Under the pieces are notes generated by a model. It ran no database searches. It was not told the origin of the DNA and was given only the letters and a program-made list of their open reading frames with translations. Position numbers and translations under genes: made by a program. DNA of 64,000 nucleotides, from the NCBI RefSeq assembly GCF_003018255.1, contig NZ_CP027440.1, one strand, 5' to 3'. Positions 53,337 to 63,331 of this stretch are shown here, in pieces; position 1 is the stretch's first letter; each line of letters starts with the position of its first letter. This stretch comes from Escherichia coli. Its GTDB lineage: Bacteria; Pseudomonadota; Gammaproteobacteria; Enterobacterales; Enterobacteriaceae.

Positions 53337-53621
53337 TTAACGCAGACCCAGCTGGAAGATCAGCATTTCAGCTTCGCAGGCAAAAGTGAAATCGATATCC
53401 AGGCGCACACCGTCAGACTCTTCAGTGAAAGTCGGGGTGATTTTGCACGGTTCGGATTCCACGCTACGGGCTTTTTCAGTCAGCGCCGCCAGCGTTTGTT
53501 CTGCTTCTGCGCGGTTTGCAAACACACGGCTGTAAGACGCGGTGCAGTCGGAGTTGTCCATAATGGTGCCAACATCCATACAGCAGCAAACCGGGGTTTC
53601 ATCAGCACTACATTTACTCAT
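53337..53621 (-). CDS. yfcZ: Small protein YfcZ (UPF0381)
   Basis: 94 aa from MSKCSADETPVCCC; ORF track starts at an upstream ATG. Confidence 0.85.
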   Translation of the reverse strand: MSKCSADETPVCCCMDVGTIMDNSDCTASYSRVFANRAEAEQTLAALTEKARSVESEPCKITPTFTEESDGVRLDIDFTFACEAEMLIFQLGLR

Positions 53622-53866
53622 CGTTGATTTCCTCTGTATGTGCACCCAAGGTGCCAGATAAACGTTGTGGATATTTTACGCTTCCGGAAAGTGCTGCTCC
53701 AGTTGTTAATTCTGCAAAATCGGATAAGTGACCGAAATCACACTTAAAAATGATCTAAAACAAAATTCACCCGAATCCATGAGTGCGCCACCTCCCAATT
53801 TTGCCAGCTGGATCGCGTTTCTTAGATCATATCTGAAAAAAGATAGAAACATACTTGCAACATTCC

Positions 53867-53907
53867 AGCTGGTCCGACCTATACTCTCGCCACTGGTCTG
53901 ATTTCTA
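53867..53907. promoter_or_regulatory. Two FadR operators in fadL promoter
   Basis: agctggtccgacctata and cactggtctgatttcta, ~85-125 bp upstream of fadL start. Confidence 0.7.
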
Positions 53908-53992
53908 AGATGTACCTCAGACCCTACACTTCGCGCTCCTGTTACAGCACGTAACATAGTTTGTATAAAAATAAATCATTGAGGTTATGGTC

Positions 53993-55333
53993 ATGAGCCA
54001 GAAAACCCTGTTTACAAAGTCTGCTCTCGCAGTCGCAGTGGCACTTATCTCCACCCAGGCCTGGTCGGCAGGCTTTCAGTTAAACGAATTTTCTTCCTCT
54101 GGCCTGGGCCGGGCTTATTCAGGGGAAGGTGCAATTGCCGATGATGCAGGTAACGTTAGCCGTAACCCCGCATTGATTACCATGTTTGACCGCCCGACAT
54201 TTTCTGCGGGTGCGGTTTATATTGATCCGGATGTAAATATCAGCGGAACGTCTCCGTCTGGTCGTAGCCTGAAAGCCGATAACATCGCGCCTACGGCATG
54301 GGTTCCGAACATGCACTTTGTTGCACCGATTAACGACCAATTTGGTTGGGGGGCTTCAATTACCTCTAACTATGGTCTGGCGACAGAGTTTAACGATACT
54401 TATGCAGGCGGTTCTGTCGGTGGTACCACCGACCTCGAAACCATGAACCTGAACTTAAGCGGTGCATATCGCTTAAATAATGCATGGAGCTTTGGTCTTG
54501 GTTTCAACGCCGTCTACGCTCGCGCGAAAATTGAACGTTTCGCAGGCGATCTGGGGCAACTGGTGGCTGGTCAGATTAGGCAATCTCCTGCTTGGCTGAC
54601 TCCTCAGGGGCAAGCATTAGCAGCTACCGCCAACGGCATCGACAGTAATACCAAAATCGCTCACCTGAACGGTAACCAGTGGGGCTTTGGCTGGAACGCC
54701 GGTATCCTGTATGAACTGGATAAAAACAACCGCTACGCATTGACCTACCGCTCTGAAGTGAAAATTGACTTCAAGGGTAACTACAGCAGCGATCTTAACC
54801 CGGCTTTTAATAACTACGGTTTGCCAATTCCTACCGCGACAGGTGGCGCAACGCAGTCGGGTTATCTGACGCTGAACCTGCCTGAAATGTGGGAAGTGTC
54901 GGGTTATAACCGTGTTGATCCGCAGTGGGCAATTCACTATAGCCTGGCTTACACCAGCTGGAGTCAGTTCCAGCAGCTGAAAGCGACCTCAACGAGTGGC
55001 GACACGCTGTTCCAGAAACATGAAGGCTTTAAAGATGCTTACCGCATCGCGTTGGGAACCACTTATTACTACGATGATAACTGGACCTTCCGTACCGGTA
55101 TCGCCTTTGATGACAGCCCAGTTCCGGCACAGAATCGTTCTATCTCCATTCCGGACCAGGACCGTTTCTGGCTGAGTGCAGGTACGACTTACGCATTTAA
55201 TAAAGATGCTTCAGTCGATGTTGGTGTTTCTTATATGCACGGTCAGAGCGTGAAAATTAACGAAGGCCCATACCAGTTCGAGTCTGAAGGTAAAGCCTGG
55301 CTGTTCGGTACTAACTTTAACTACGCGTTCTGA
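53993..55333 (+). CDS. fadL: Long-chain fatty acid outer-membrane transporter
   Basis: 446 aa from [18 protein letters not shown]; C-terminal ..NFNYAF. Confidence 0.95.
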   Translation: MSQKTLFTKSALAVAVALISTQAWSAGFQLNEFSSSGLGRAYSGEGAIADDAGNVSRNPALITMFDRPTFSAGAVYIDPDVNISGTSPSGRSLKADNIAPTAWVPNMHFVAPINDQFGWGASITSNYGLATEFNDTYAGGSVGGTTDLETMNLNLSGAYRLNNAWSFGLGFNAVYARAKIERFAGDLGQLVAGQIRQSPAWLTPQGQALAATANGIDSNTKIAHLNGNQWGFGWNAGILYELDKNNRYALTYRSEVKIDFKGNYSSDLNPAFNNYGLPIPTATGGATQSGYLTLNLPEMWEVSGYNRVDPQWAIHYSLAYTSWSQFQQLKATSTSGDTLFQKHEGFKDAYRIALGTTYYYDDNWTFRTGIAFDDSPVPAQNRSISIPDQDRFWLSAGTTYAFNKDASVDVGVSYMHGQSVKINEGPYQFESEGKAWLFGTNFNYAF

Positions 55334-55351
55334 TAACGCGTTCGCTTAATA

Positions 55352-55386
55352 AGAAAAAAGGTGAGTTTTGCGACTCACCTTTTTTG
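55352..55386. terminator. Bidirectional rho-independent terminator between fadL and mlaA
   Basis: aaaaaa-ggtgagttttgcgactcacc-tttttt. Confidence 0.85.
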
Positions 55387-55394
55387 TTTGTTTC

Positions 55395-56150
55395 TTATTC
55401 AGAATCGATATCTTTTAAATCATCCTGAATCGCTTGCGCGTTCGGATTTTCCTGCGGTTTGAGTTCGCCGCCATTAGCGATGAAATCATGACGCTGGAAG
55501 TACGCTTCGCGCACCATAATATAAGGATCGGACGACTGACGCAGCAGACCATCGGAATCCAACAACTGCGCACGAGTTTCTATCCCTTCAAGCGTCCATT
55601 TACCCACAGACATCGGCCAGGTCAGCCAGGAAAGAACCGGGTAAAGACCATCCGCCATATCACCACCGTCATCACGCAGCGTGAAGCTACCGTAGAACGG
55701 TAACTGAACGTATGGCCCATAACCCACACCATAATGACCAAGCGTACTACCGAAGCGGTGAGGTTCAGTCCGTTGCAGTTTCGGGTTCGCCATCCCTGCA
55801 ACATCAATAAAGCCGCCCATCCCCAAAATGGTGTTCAGGAAAAAGCGGGTAAAGTGGACCATCCCCTGATAAGGGTCGCCCTGCAAGAAGTAGTTAACCA
55901 TCACCGCAGGTTCTTCAAGGTTGCCAGTAAAGTTGCTCAAACCGTTACGCGCCGGTTGCGGAACATAATCACGCCAGGCGACAGCGACCGGTCGAACAAT
56001 ATACGGGTCTAATACATTGAAATTGAAGTTGTACATGGTGCGGTTGAACCCTTCTAGCGGGTCAGAACGCCCTTGCTGATCTGTACCGGAACTCGCACAC
56101 CCCACCAGAAGCGTAGTTCCCAGAGCAAGCGCCGACAGGCGAAGCTTCAT
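55395..56150 (-). CDS. mlaA: Outer-membrane lipoprotein MlaA (VacJ)
   Basis: 251-aa ORF; lipobox LLVGCASS. Confidence 0.93.
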   Translation of the reverse strand: MKLRLSALALGTTLLVGCASSGTDQQGRSDPLEGFNRTMYNFNFNVLDPYIVRPVAVAWRDYVPQPARNGLSNFTGNLEEPAVMVNYFLQGDPYQGMVHFTRFFLNTILGMGGFIDVAGMANPKLQRTEPHRFGSTLGHYGVGYGPYVQLPFYGSFTLRDDGGDMADGLYPVLSWLTWPMSVGKWTLEGIETRAQLLDSDGLLRQSSDPYIMVREAYFQRHDFIANGGELKPQENPNAQAIQDDLKDIDSE

Positions 56151-56443
56151 AAATGTCTCCCTGTTTTTTTATGGCTTATGCAGTTTGCCATCCATGACGG
56201 AACGATACCGTATCCGCCTGTTTAGGTGTGGGCGATTGTAACAGCACGTCAACTGATGTCCAGACGCCCTGATTTGCTGATTTGATCATAGCCTGGTAAT
56301 CGCCGCCCTGTAGGCTACTTGATTCTATAGAAACAGAAAAAGGCAAACGCAGCCTTTTCTACATTTTCAGAGTAACTCCCGCCAGTTGCGAGCAAAAAAG
56401 CCGCTACGCTTTAGCTATACGTGCTAATTCAAGAGAAGAGACC

Positions 56444-57376
56444 ATGGACAACGACAAAATTGATCAACACAGCGACGAAATTGAAGTTGAGAGCGAAGAA
56501 AAAGAGCGCGGCAAAACAATAGAAATAGATGAAGATCGACTCCCCTCCCGGGCGATGGCAATTCATGAGCATATCCGCCAGGATGGTGAAAAAGAGCTGG
56601 AACGCGACGCAATGGCACTACTGTGGTCAGCCATTGCGGCGGGTCTGTCGATGGGCGCTTCGCTACTGGCAAAAGGGATATTTCATGTCGAACTGGAAGG
56701 CGTGCCGGGCAGCTTCTTGCTGGAGAATCTCGGTTATACCTTTGGTTTTATTATCGTCATTATGGCCCGCCAGCAATTATTTACCGAAAACACCGTGACT
56801 GCGGTACTACCCGTCATGCAAAAACCGACAATGAGCAACGTTGGCTTACTTATGCGGTTATGGGGCGTCGTGCTGCTGGGTAATATTCTCGGGACAGGTA
56901 TTGCGGCGTGGGCATTTGAATATATGCCAATCTTCAATGAAGAAACTCGCGATGCATTTGTCAAAATCGGCATGGATGTGATGAAGAACACCCCCAGCGA
57001 GATGTTTGCCAACGCGATCATTTCCGGCTGGCTGATCGCCACTATGGTTTGGATGTTTCCTGCAGCGGGTGCGGCAAAGATTGTGGTGATTATATTGATG
57101 ACCTGGCTTATTGCCCTGGGTGACACCACTCACATCGTTGTCGGTTCTGTTGAAATCCTCTATCTGGTGTTTAACGGTACGCTGCACTGGAGCGATTTCA
57201 TCTGGCCCTTCGCACTACCTACTTTAGCGGGGAACATCTGCGGCGGCACCTTTATCTTCGCGTTAATGAGTCATGCACAGATCCGTAACGACATGAGCAA
57301 CAAGCGCAAAGCAGAAGCACGCCAAAAAGCAGAACGTGCGGAAAACATTAAGAAAAATGATAAAAACCCGGCATAA
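56444..57376 (+). CDS. yfdC: Formate/nitrite transporter-family inner membrane protein YfdC
   Basis: 310-aa ORF; synteny immediately upstream of argW. Confidence 0.88.
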   Translation: MDNDKIDQHSDEIEVESEEKERGKTIEIDEDRLPSRAMAIHEHIRQDGEKELERDAMALLWSAIAAGLSMGASLLAKGIFHVELEGVPGSFLLENLGYTFGFIIVIMARQQLFTENTVTAVLPVMQKPTMSNVGLLMRLWGVVLLGNILGTGIAAWAFEYMPIFNEETRDAFVKIGMDVMKNTPSEMFANAIISGWLIATMVWMFPAAGAAKIVVIILMTWLIALGDTTHIVVGSVEILYLVFNGTLHWSDFIWPFALPTLAGNICGGTFIFALMSHAQIRNDMSNKRKAEARQKAERAENIKKNDKNPA

Positions 57377-57451
57377 ATGGCGAGGGTTTAAGCAATCGAG
57401 CGGCAGCGTACTTACCCCGCAGTCCATTAGCGGGTATACTCATGCCGCATT

Positions 57452-57526
57452 GTCCTCTTAGTTAAATGGATATAACGAGCCCCTCCTAAGGGCTAATTGC
57501 AGGTTCGATTCCTGCAGGGGACACCA
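57452..57526 (+). tRNA. argW: tRNA-Arg (anticodon CCU)
   Basis: 75-nt sequence read directly, matches argW as recalled; anticodon loop cuCCUaa; ends ..ACACCA. Confidence 0.95.
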
Positions 57527-57646
57527 GATACCCTTCAAACCAAATCTACCTTCACCCCGTAAAAGATGGGTTTGGCAGCACACTTGCCCTATATCTACTC
57601 ATTTTTACTGCAACAGGTTGAAATCTCAGCACTGTCAGAAAGCGCT

Positions 57647-57888
57647 GATGACTAAACAGCCCTGGGCCGGGCGATGTAACCATCATACAGAATCCTGATA
57701 GCGAAATATGGCGTGACTCGATACTTCACTCTGCAATGCATTCCTTGATGAATTCGCAGGCCCGTGATACACGGGACACGTGGCTGAATGACGACAATGT
57801 CCTGGAAATCAGCGAACCGCGTATCCGGAGTACATTTGAGCGACTGTACCAGAACATGAATGAGGCGTTTGGATTAGGTGATTATTAG
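57647..57888 (+). other. Orphan reading-frame fragment of unknown origin
   Basis: open frame of ~79 codons ending ..NDDNVLEISEPRIRSTFERLYQNMNEAFGLGDY*; no convincing start or RBS identified. Confidence 0.3.
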
Positions 57889-57967
57889 CAGGGGTAAGCA
57901 TTTTTGTATTATTATTTTCCGGTTGAGGGATATGGAGATATCGACAACAACCGGAAAAAGTTTACGT

Positions 57968-59215
57968 CTATATTGCTGAAGGTACAGGCGTTTCCATAAC
58001 TATTTGCTCGCGTTTTTTACTCAGGAAGAAAATGCCAAATAGCAACATCAGGCAGACAATACCCGAAATTGCGAAGAAAACTGTCTGGTAGCCTGCGTGG
58101 TCAAAGAGTATCCCAGTCGGCGTTGAAAGCAGCACAATCCCAAGCGAACTGGCAATTTGAAAACCAATCAGAAAGATCGTCGACGACAGGCGCTTATCAA
58201 AGTTTGCCACGCTGTATTTGAAGACGGATATGACACAAAGTGGAACCTCAATGGCATGTAACAGCTTCACTAATGAAATAATCCAGGGGTTAACGAACAG
58301 CGCGCAGGAAAGGATACGCAACGCCATAATCACAACACCGATAAGTAATGCATTTTTTGGCCCTACCCGATTCACAAAGAAAGGAATAATCGCCATGCAC
58401 AGCGCTTCGAGTACCACCTGGAATGAGTTGAGATAACCATACAGGCGCGTTCCTACATCGTGTGATTCGAATAAACCTGCATAAAAGACAGGAAAGAGTT
58501 GTTGATCAAAAATGTTATAGAAAGACCACGTCCCCACAATAAATATGACAAAAACCCAGAAGTTTCGATCCTTGAAAACTGCGATAAAATCCTCTTTTTT
58601 TACCCCTCCCGCATCCGCCGCTATGCACTGGTGATCCTTATCTTTAAAACGCATGTTGATCATCATAAATACAGCGCCAAATAGCGAGACCAACCAGAAG
58701 TTGATATGGGGACTGATACTAAAAAATATACCAGCAAAGAACGCGCCAATAGCATAGCCAAAAGATCCCCAGGCGCGCGCTGTTCCATATTCGAAATGAA
58801 AATTTCGCGCCATTTTTTCGGTGAAGCTGTCAAGCAAACCGCATCCCGCCAGATACCCCAGGCCAAAAAAGAGCGCCCCCAGAATTAGACCTACAGAAAA
58901 ATTGCTTTGCAGTAACGGTTCATAAACGTAAATCATAAACGGTCCGGTCAAGACCAGAATGAAACTCATACACCAGATGAGCGGTTTCTTCAGACCGAGT
59001 TTATCCTGAACGATGCCGTAGAACATCATAAATAGAATGCTGGTAAACTGGTTGACCGAATAAAGTGTACCTAATTCCGTCCCTGTTAATCCTAGATGTC
59101 CTTTCAGCCAAATAGCGTATAACGACCACCACAGCGACCAGGAAATAAAAAAGAGAAATGAGTAACTGGATGCAAAACGATAGTACGCATTTCTGAATGG
59201 AATATTCAGTGCCAT
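57968..59215 (-). CDS. cscB: Sucrose:H+ symporter (MFS)
   Basis: 415-aa ORF; MALNIPFRNAYYRFASSYSFLFF.. recognised as CscB. Confidence 0.93.
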   Translation of the reverse strand: MALNIPFRNAYYRFASSYSFLFFISWSLWWSLYAIWLKGHLGLTGTELGTLYSVNQFTSILFMMFYGIVQDKLGLKKPLIWCMSFILVLTGPFMIYVYEPLLQSNFSVGLILGALFFGLGYLAGCGLLDSFTEKMARNFHFEYGTARAWGSFGYAIGAFFAGIFFSISPHINFWLVSLFGAVFMMINMRFKDKDHQCIAADAGGVKKEDFIAVFKDRNFWVFVIFIVGTWSFYNIFDQQLFPVFYAGLFESHDVGTRLYGYLNSFQVVLEALCMAIIPFFVNRVGPKNALLIGVVIMALRILSCALFVNPWIISLVKLLHAIEVPLCVISVFKYSVANFDKRLSSTIFLIGFQIASSLGIVLLSTPTGILFDHAGYQTVFFAISGIVCLMLLFGIFFLSKKREQIVMETPVPSAI

Positions 59216-59286
59216 AATTACCTGCCTGTCGTTAAAAAATTCATGTCCTATTTAGAGATAAGAGCGGCCTCGCCGTTTACTTCTCA

Positions 59287-60201
59287 CTATTCCAGTTCTT
59301 GTCGACATGGCAGCGCTGTCATCGCCCCTTTCGCCGTTACTGCAAGCGCTCCGCAACGTTGAGCGAGATCGATAATTCGTCGCATTTCTCTTTCATCTGT
59401 AGATAATCCCGTAGAGGACAGACCTGTGAGTAACCCGGCAACGAACGCATCTCCCGCCCCCGTGCTATCGACACAATTCACAGACATTCCAGCAAAATGG
59501 TGAACTTGTCCTCGATAACAGACCACCACCCCTTCTGCACCTTTAGTCACCAACAGCATGGCGATCTCATACTCTTTTGCCAGGGCGCATATATCCCAAT
59601 CGTTCTGTGTTTTTCCACTGATAAGTCGCCATTCTTCTTCCGAGAGCTTGACGACATCCGCCAGTTGTAGCGCCTGCCGCAAACACAAGCGGAGCAAATG
59701 CTCGTCTTGCCATAGATCTTCACGAATATTGGGATCGAAGCTGACAAAACCTCCGGCATGCCGGATCGCCGTCATCGCAGTAAATGCGCTGGTACGCGAA
59801 GGCTCGGCAGACAACGCAATTGAACAGAGATGTAACCATTCGCCATGTCGCCAGCAGGGCAAGTCTGTCGTCTCTAAAAAAAGATCGGCACTGGGGCGGA
59901 CCATAAACGTAAATGAACGTTCTCCTTGATCGTTCAGATCGACAAGCACCGTGGATGTCCGGTGCCATTCATCTTGCTTCAGATACGTGATATCGACACC
60001 CTCAGTTAGCAGCGTTCTTTGCATTAACGCACCAAAAGGATCATCACCGACCCGACCTATAAACCCACTTGTTCCGCCTAATCTGGCGATTCCCACCGCA
60101 ACGTTAGCTGGCGCGCCGCCAGGACAAGGTAGTAGCCGCCCGTCTGATTCTGGCAAGAGATCTACGACCGCATCCCCTAAAACCCATACTTTGGCTGACA
60201 T
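59287..60201 (-). CDS. cscK: Fructokinase (PfkB family)
   Basis: 304-aa ORF; ribokinase-family motifs (..DSTGAGDAF..). Confidence 0.9.
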   Translation of the reverse strand: MSAKVWVLGDAVVDLLPESDGRLLPCPGGAPANVAVGIARLGGTSGFIGRVGDDPFGALMQRTLLTEGVDITYLKQDEWHRTSTVLVDLNDQGERSFTFMVRPSADLFLETTDLPCWRHGEWLHLCSIALSAEPSRTSAFTAMTAIRHAGGFVSFDPNIREDLWQDEHLLRLCLRQALQLADVVKLSEEEWRLISGKTQNDWDICALAKEYEIAMLLVTKGAEGVVVCYRGQVHHFAGMSVNCVDSTGAGDAFVAGLLTGLSSTGLSTDEREMRRIIDLAQRCGALAVTAKGAMTALPCRQELE

Positions 60202-60306
60202 TTTTTTCCCTTAAATTCATCTGACTTACGCATAGTGATAAACCTCTTTTTCGCAAAATCGTCATGGATTTACTAAAACATGCATATTCGATCACAAAAC
60301 GTCATA

Positions 60307-60318
60307 GTTAACGTTAAC
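60307..60318. promoter_or_regulatory. Putative CscR operator 1 (perfect 12-bp palindrome)
   Basis: gttaacgttaac in the cscK-cscA divergent intergenic region. Confidence 0.5.
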
Positions 60319-60370
60319 ATTTGTGATATTCATCGCATTTATGAAAGTAAGGGACTTTATTTTTATAAAA

Positions 60371-60382
60371 GTTAACGTTAAC
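60371..60382. promoter_or_regulatory. Putative CscR operator 2 (same 12-bp palindrome)
   Basis: second exact copy of gttaacgttaac, 64 bp from the first, ~35 bp upstream of cscA start. Confidence 0.5.
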
Positions 60383-60416
60383 AATTCACCCAATTTGCTT
60401 AACCAGGATGATAAAA

Positions 60417-61850
60417 ATGACGCAATCTCGATTACATGCGGCGCAAAACGCACTAGCAAAACTTCACGAGCGCCGAGGTAACACTTTCTATCCCCATTTT
60501 CACCTCGCGCCTCCCGCCGGGTGGATGAACGATCCAAACGGCCTAATCTGGTTTAACGATCGTTATCACGCGTTTTATCAACATCACCCGATGAGCGAAC
60601 ACTGGGGGCCAATGCACTGGGGACATGCCACCAGCGACGATATGATCCACTGGCAGCATGAGCCTATTGCGCTAGCGCCAGGAGACGAGAATGACAAAGA
60701 CGGGTGTTTTTCAGGTAGTGCTGTCGATGACAATGGTGTCCTCTCACTTATCTACACCGGACACGTCTGGCTCGATGGTGCAGGTAATGACGATGCAATT
60801 CGCGAAGTACAATGTCTGGCTACCAGTCGGGATGGTATTCATTTCGAGAAACAGGGTGTGATCCTCACTCCACCAGAAGGCATCATGCACTTCCGCGATC
60901 CTAAAGTGTGGCGTGAAGCCGACACATGGTGGATGGTAGTCGGGGCGAAAGATCCAGGCAACACGGGGCAGATCCTGCTTTATCGCGGCAGTTCATTGCG
61001 TGAATGGACTTTCGATCGCGTACTGGCCCACGCTGATGCGGGTGAAAGCTATATGTGGGAATGTCCGGACTTTTTCAGCCTTGGCGATCAGCATTATCTG
61101 ATGTTTTCCCCGCAGGGAATGAATGCCGAGGGATACAGTTACCGAAATCGCTTTCAAAGTGGCGTAATACCCGGAATGTGGTCGCCAGGACGACTTTTTG
61201 CACAATCCGGGCATTTTACTGAACTTGATAGCGGGCATGACTTTTATGCACCACAAAGCTTTTTAGCGAAGGATGGTCGGCGTATTGTTATCGGCTGGAT
61301 GGATATGTGGGAATCGCCAATGCCCTCAAAACGTGAAGGCTGGGCAGGCTGCATGACGCTGGCGCGCGAGCTATCAGAGAGCAATGGCAAACTTCTACAA
61401 CGCCCGGTACACGAAGCTGAGTCGTTACGCCAGCAGCATCAATCTATCTCTCCCCGCACAATCAGCAATAAATATGTTTTGCAGGAAAACGCGCAAGCAG
61501 TTGAGATTCAGCTGCAGTGGGCGTTGAAGAACAGTGATGCCGAACATTACGGATTACAGCTCGGCACTGGAATGCGGCTGTATATTGATAACCAATCTGA
61601 GCGACTTGTTTTGTGGCGGTATTACCCACACGAGAATTTAGATGGCTACCGTAGTATTCCCCTCCCGCAGGGTGACATGCTCGCCCTAAGGATATTTATC
61701 GATACATCATCCGTGGAAGTATTTATTAACGACGGGGAGGCGGTGATGAGTAGCCGAATATATCCGCAGCCAGAAGAACGGGAACTGTCGCTCTATGCCT
61801 CCCACGGAGTGGCTGTGCTGCAACATGGAGCACTCTGGCAACTGGGTTAA
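60417..61850 (+). CDS. cscA: Sucrose-6-phosphate hydrolase / invertase (GH32)
   Basis: 477 aa from MTQSRLHAAQN..; GH32 N-terminal motif WMNDPNG. Confidence 0.93.
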   Translation: MTQSRLHAAQNALAKLHERRGNTFYPHFHLAPPAGWMNDPNGLIWFNDRYHAFYQHHPMSEHWGPMHWGHATSDDMIHWQHEPIALAPGDENDKDGCFSGSAVDDNGVLSLIYTGHVWLDGAGNDDAIREVQCLATSRDGIHFEKQGVILTPPEGIMHFRDPKVWREADTWWMVVGAKDPGNTGQILLYRGSSLREWTFDRVLAHADAGESYMWECPDFFSLGDQHYLMFSPQGMNAEGYSYRNRFQSGVIPGMWSPGRLFAQSGHFTELDSGHDFYAPQSFLAKDGRRIVIGWMDMWESPMPSKREGWAGCMTLARELSESNGKLLQRPVHEAESLRQQHQSISPRTISNKYVLQENAQAVEIQLQWALKNSDAEHYGLQLGTGMRLYIDNQSERLVLWRYYPHENLDGYRSIPLPQGDMLALRIFIDTSSVEVFINDGEAVMSSRIYPQPEERELSLYASHGVAVLQHGALWQLG

Positions 61851-61857
61851 CATAATA

Positions 61858-62853
61858 TCAGGTGGAACAACGGATCAACAGCGGGCAAGGGATCCGCGTC
61901 ACTCTTCCCCCTTCACGATCTTCAATAATATGCAATGCAGCTTCCCGCCCGATAATGTCATGTGGAAGCTGAATTGTGGTCAGCGGCGGTAAAAACAGAT
62001 GCCCGACGCCAACCAGATTATCAAAGCCCATTACGGCGACATCCTGCGGGATACGTACCCCCTTCGCCAGGAGAACCTGATAAGCGACAAAGGCTGCGCG
62101 ATCGTTACCACATATCAGAACATCAAAATCTGGTTTGCCCGATTTGAAGTGGTCATTGAGTAAACTTGCGAGATCGGTGTAGTGATCATCACCTGTTGCC
62201 ATGTGAAATTGTTTCACCTCAGCCAGATCTCGTCCAGCATCACGCCAGGCCTGCTCAAATCCCTGCCGACGATACCCTGTTGCCAACGCACTTTCCGGTA
62301 GCCAGAAGCATAACGGTTGACGATAGCCCGCCGCGAGCAAATGCTGTGTTGATTCATATTGTGCAGTGTAATCATCAGGGATATAACTGGGTAACGCTGG
62401 GTCATCCGCCACACAGTTCGCCAATACAATATTTTCACCATACAGAGACTCAGGCAGCGAGATATGTCGCAGCCCCATTGTAGTATAGATAATGCCATCC
62501 GGACGGTGGGCAAGCAGCTGACGTGCCGCGCGGGCAGCGTCATCTTCAGAAAAAATATTGATTAAAAAACTATTCCAGCCAAACTCGCTGGCGGTTTGCT
62601 CAATGGCAAGCAGAATATCAACAGAGAAAGGAGTGGTGGCCGTGTCCTGCGCCAGCACGGCGAGAGTCGACGGCTTACGTCCTTGAGCGCGCATCTTACG
62701 GGCGGAAAGATCAGGAACATAATTCAGGGTCTGGATTGCCTGCAATACGCGGTCACGCGTTGCAGGACGCACAGATTCTGCATTATGCATCACCCGGGAG
62801 ACTGTCATCATCGACACTCCCGCCAGGCGTGCGACATCCTTTAATGAAGCCAT
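61858..62853 (-). CDS. cscR: LacI-family sucrose operon repressor
   Basis: 332 aa from MASLKDVARLAGVSMMTVSRV (HTH); ORF track over-extended upstream to 63051. Confidence 0.9.
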   Translation of the reverse strand: MASLKDVARLAGVSMMTVSRVMHNAESVRPATRDRVLQAIQTLNYVPDLSARKMRAQGRKPSTLAVLAQDTATTPFSVDILLAIEQTASEFGWNSFLINIFSEDDAARAARQLLAHRPDGIIYTTMGLRHISLPESLYGENIVLANCVADDPALPSYIPDDYTAQYESTQHLLAAGYRQPLCFWLPESALATGYRRQGFEQAWRDAGRDLAEVKQFHMATGDDHYTDLASLLNDHFKSGKPDFDVLICGNDRAAFVAYQVLLAKGVRIPQDVAVMGFDNLVGVGHLFLPPLTTIQLPHDIIGREAALHIIEDREGGRVTRIPCPLLIRCST

Positions 62854-63095
62854 ACCCAAGCCGTTTGCCGTAAAACGGGCACTGTAGCAGAAACAGACGT
62901 CACTGGCGAGATCCAACGATATTCTCAACGCCCTATCACCCGACACGGCAATACAATAAAAAATAACAATAATTCCCGGACAATTGTACCCAATTCCGCC
63001 TCTGTTCTCGCCAACGAGTAACCATGTAGGCAAGTAGGTAAAACATGCCAACTGGCATCGCCAACCTGGAGAAGAAAATATAAATATGGATCATT

Positions 63096-63314
63096 GTGCT
63101 GCCGCTGTATCCCGACATCAGTCCGGAAATTATTGCGATTGCTATCGGTTCAGGTGCGATTGGCTGCACGATCGTTACGGACTCGCTTTTCTGGCTGGTG
63201 AAGCAATATTGCGGCGCTACGCTCAATGAAACATTTAAATACTATACGACAGCGACATTTATCGCTTCAGTCGTCGCTCTGGCGGGCACATTCCTGCTGT
63301 CATTTATCATCTAA
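63096..63314 (+). pseudogene. dsdX: 3' remnant of D-serine transporter gene dsdX (last ~72 codons)
   Basis: translation ..[71 protein letters not shown] matches DsdX C-terminus; no N-terminal part upstream. Confidence 0.85.
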
Positions 63315-63331
63315 GCGCAAAGAGACGTACT

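Larger units (their letters stand above)
57527..63095. other. Sucrose-utilisation (csc) genomic island at argW, ending inside dsdX
   Basis: core synteny ends at argW 3' end; cscB, cscK, cscA, cscR follow; dsdX reading frame resumes at 63096. Confidence 0.85.

Noticed and set aside
57900-57967. Possible terminator hairpin (ccggttg..caaccgg) downstream of cscB
   Set aside because: Loop is 22 nt and no T-run follows on either strand.
62854-63051. N-terminal extension of the cscR ORF (66 extra codons)
   Set aside because: Artefact of calling the most upstream start; the LacI-type HTH begins at MASLKDVARLAGVS, and the extension runs into the island-dsdX junction.
57527-63095. Search for integrase, IS element, or direct repeat of the argW 3' end at the island boundary
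   Set aside because: None found by eye; the island cannot be called a mobile element in the strict sense on this evidence.
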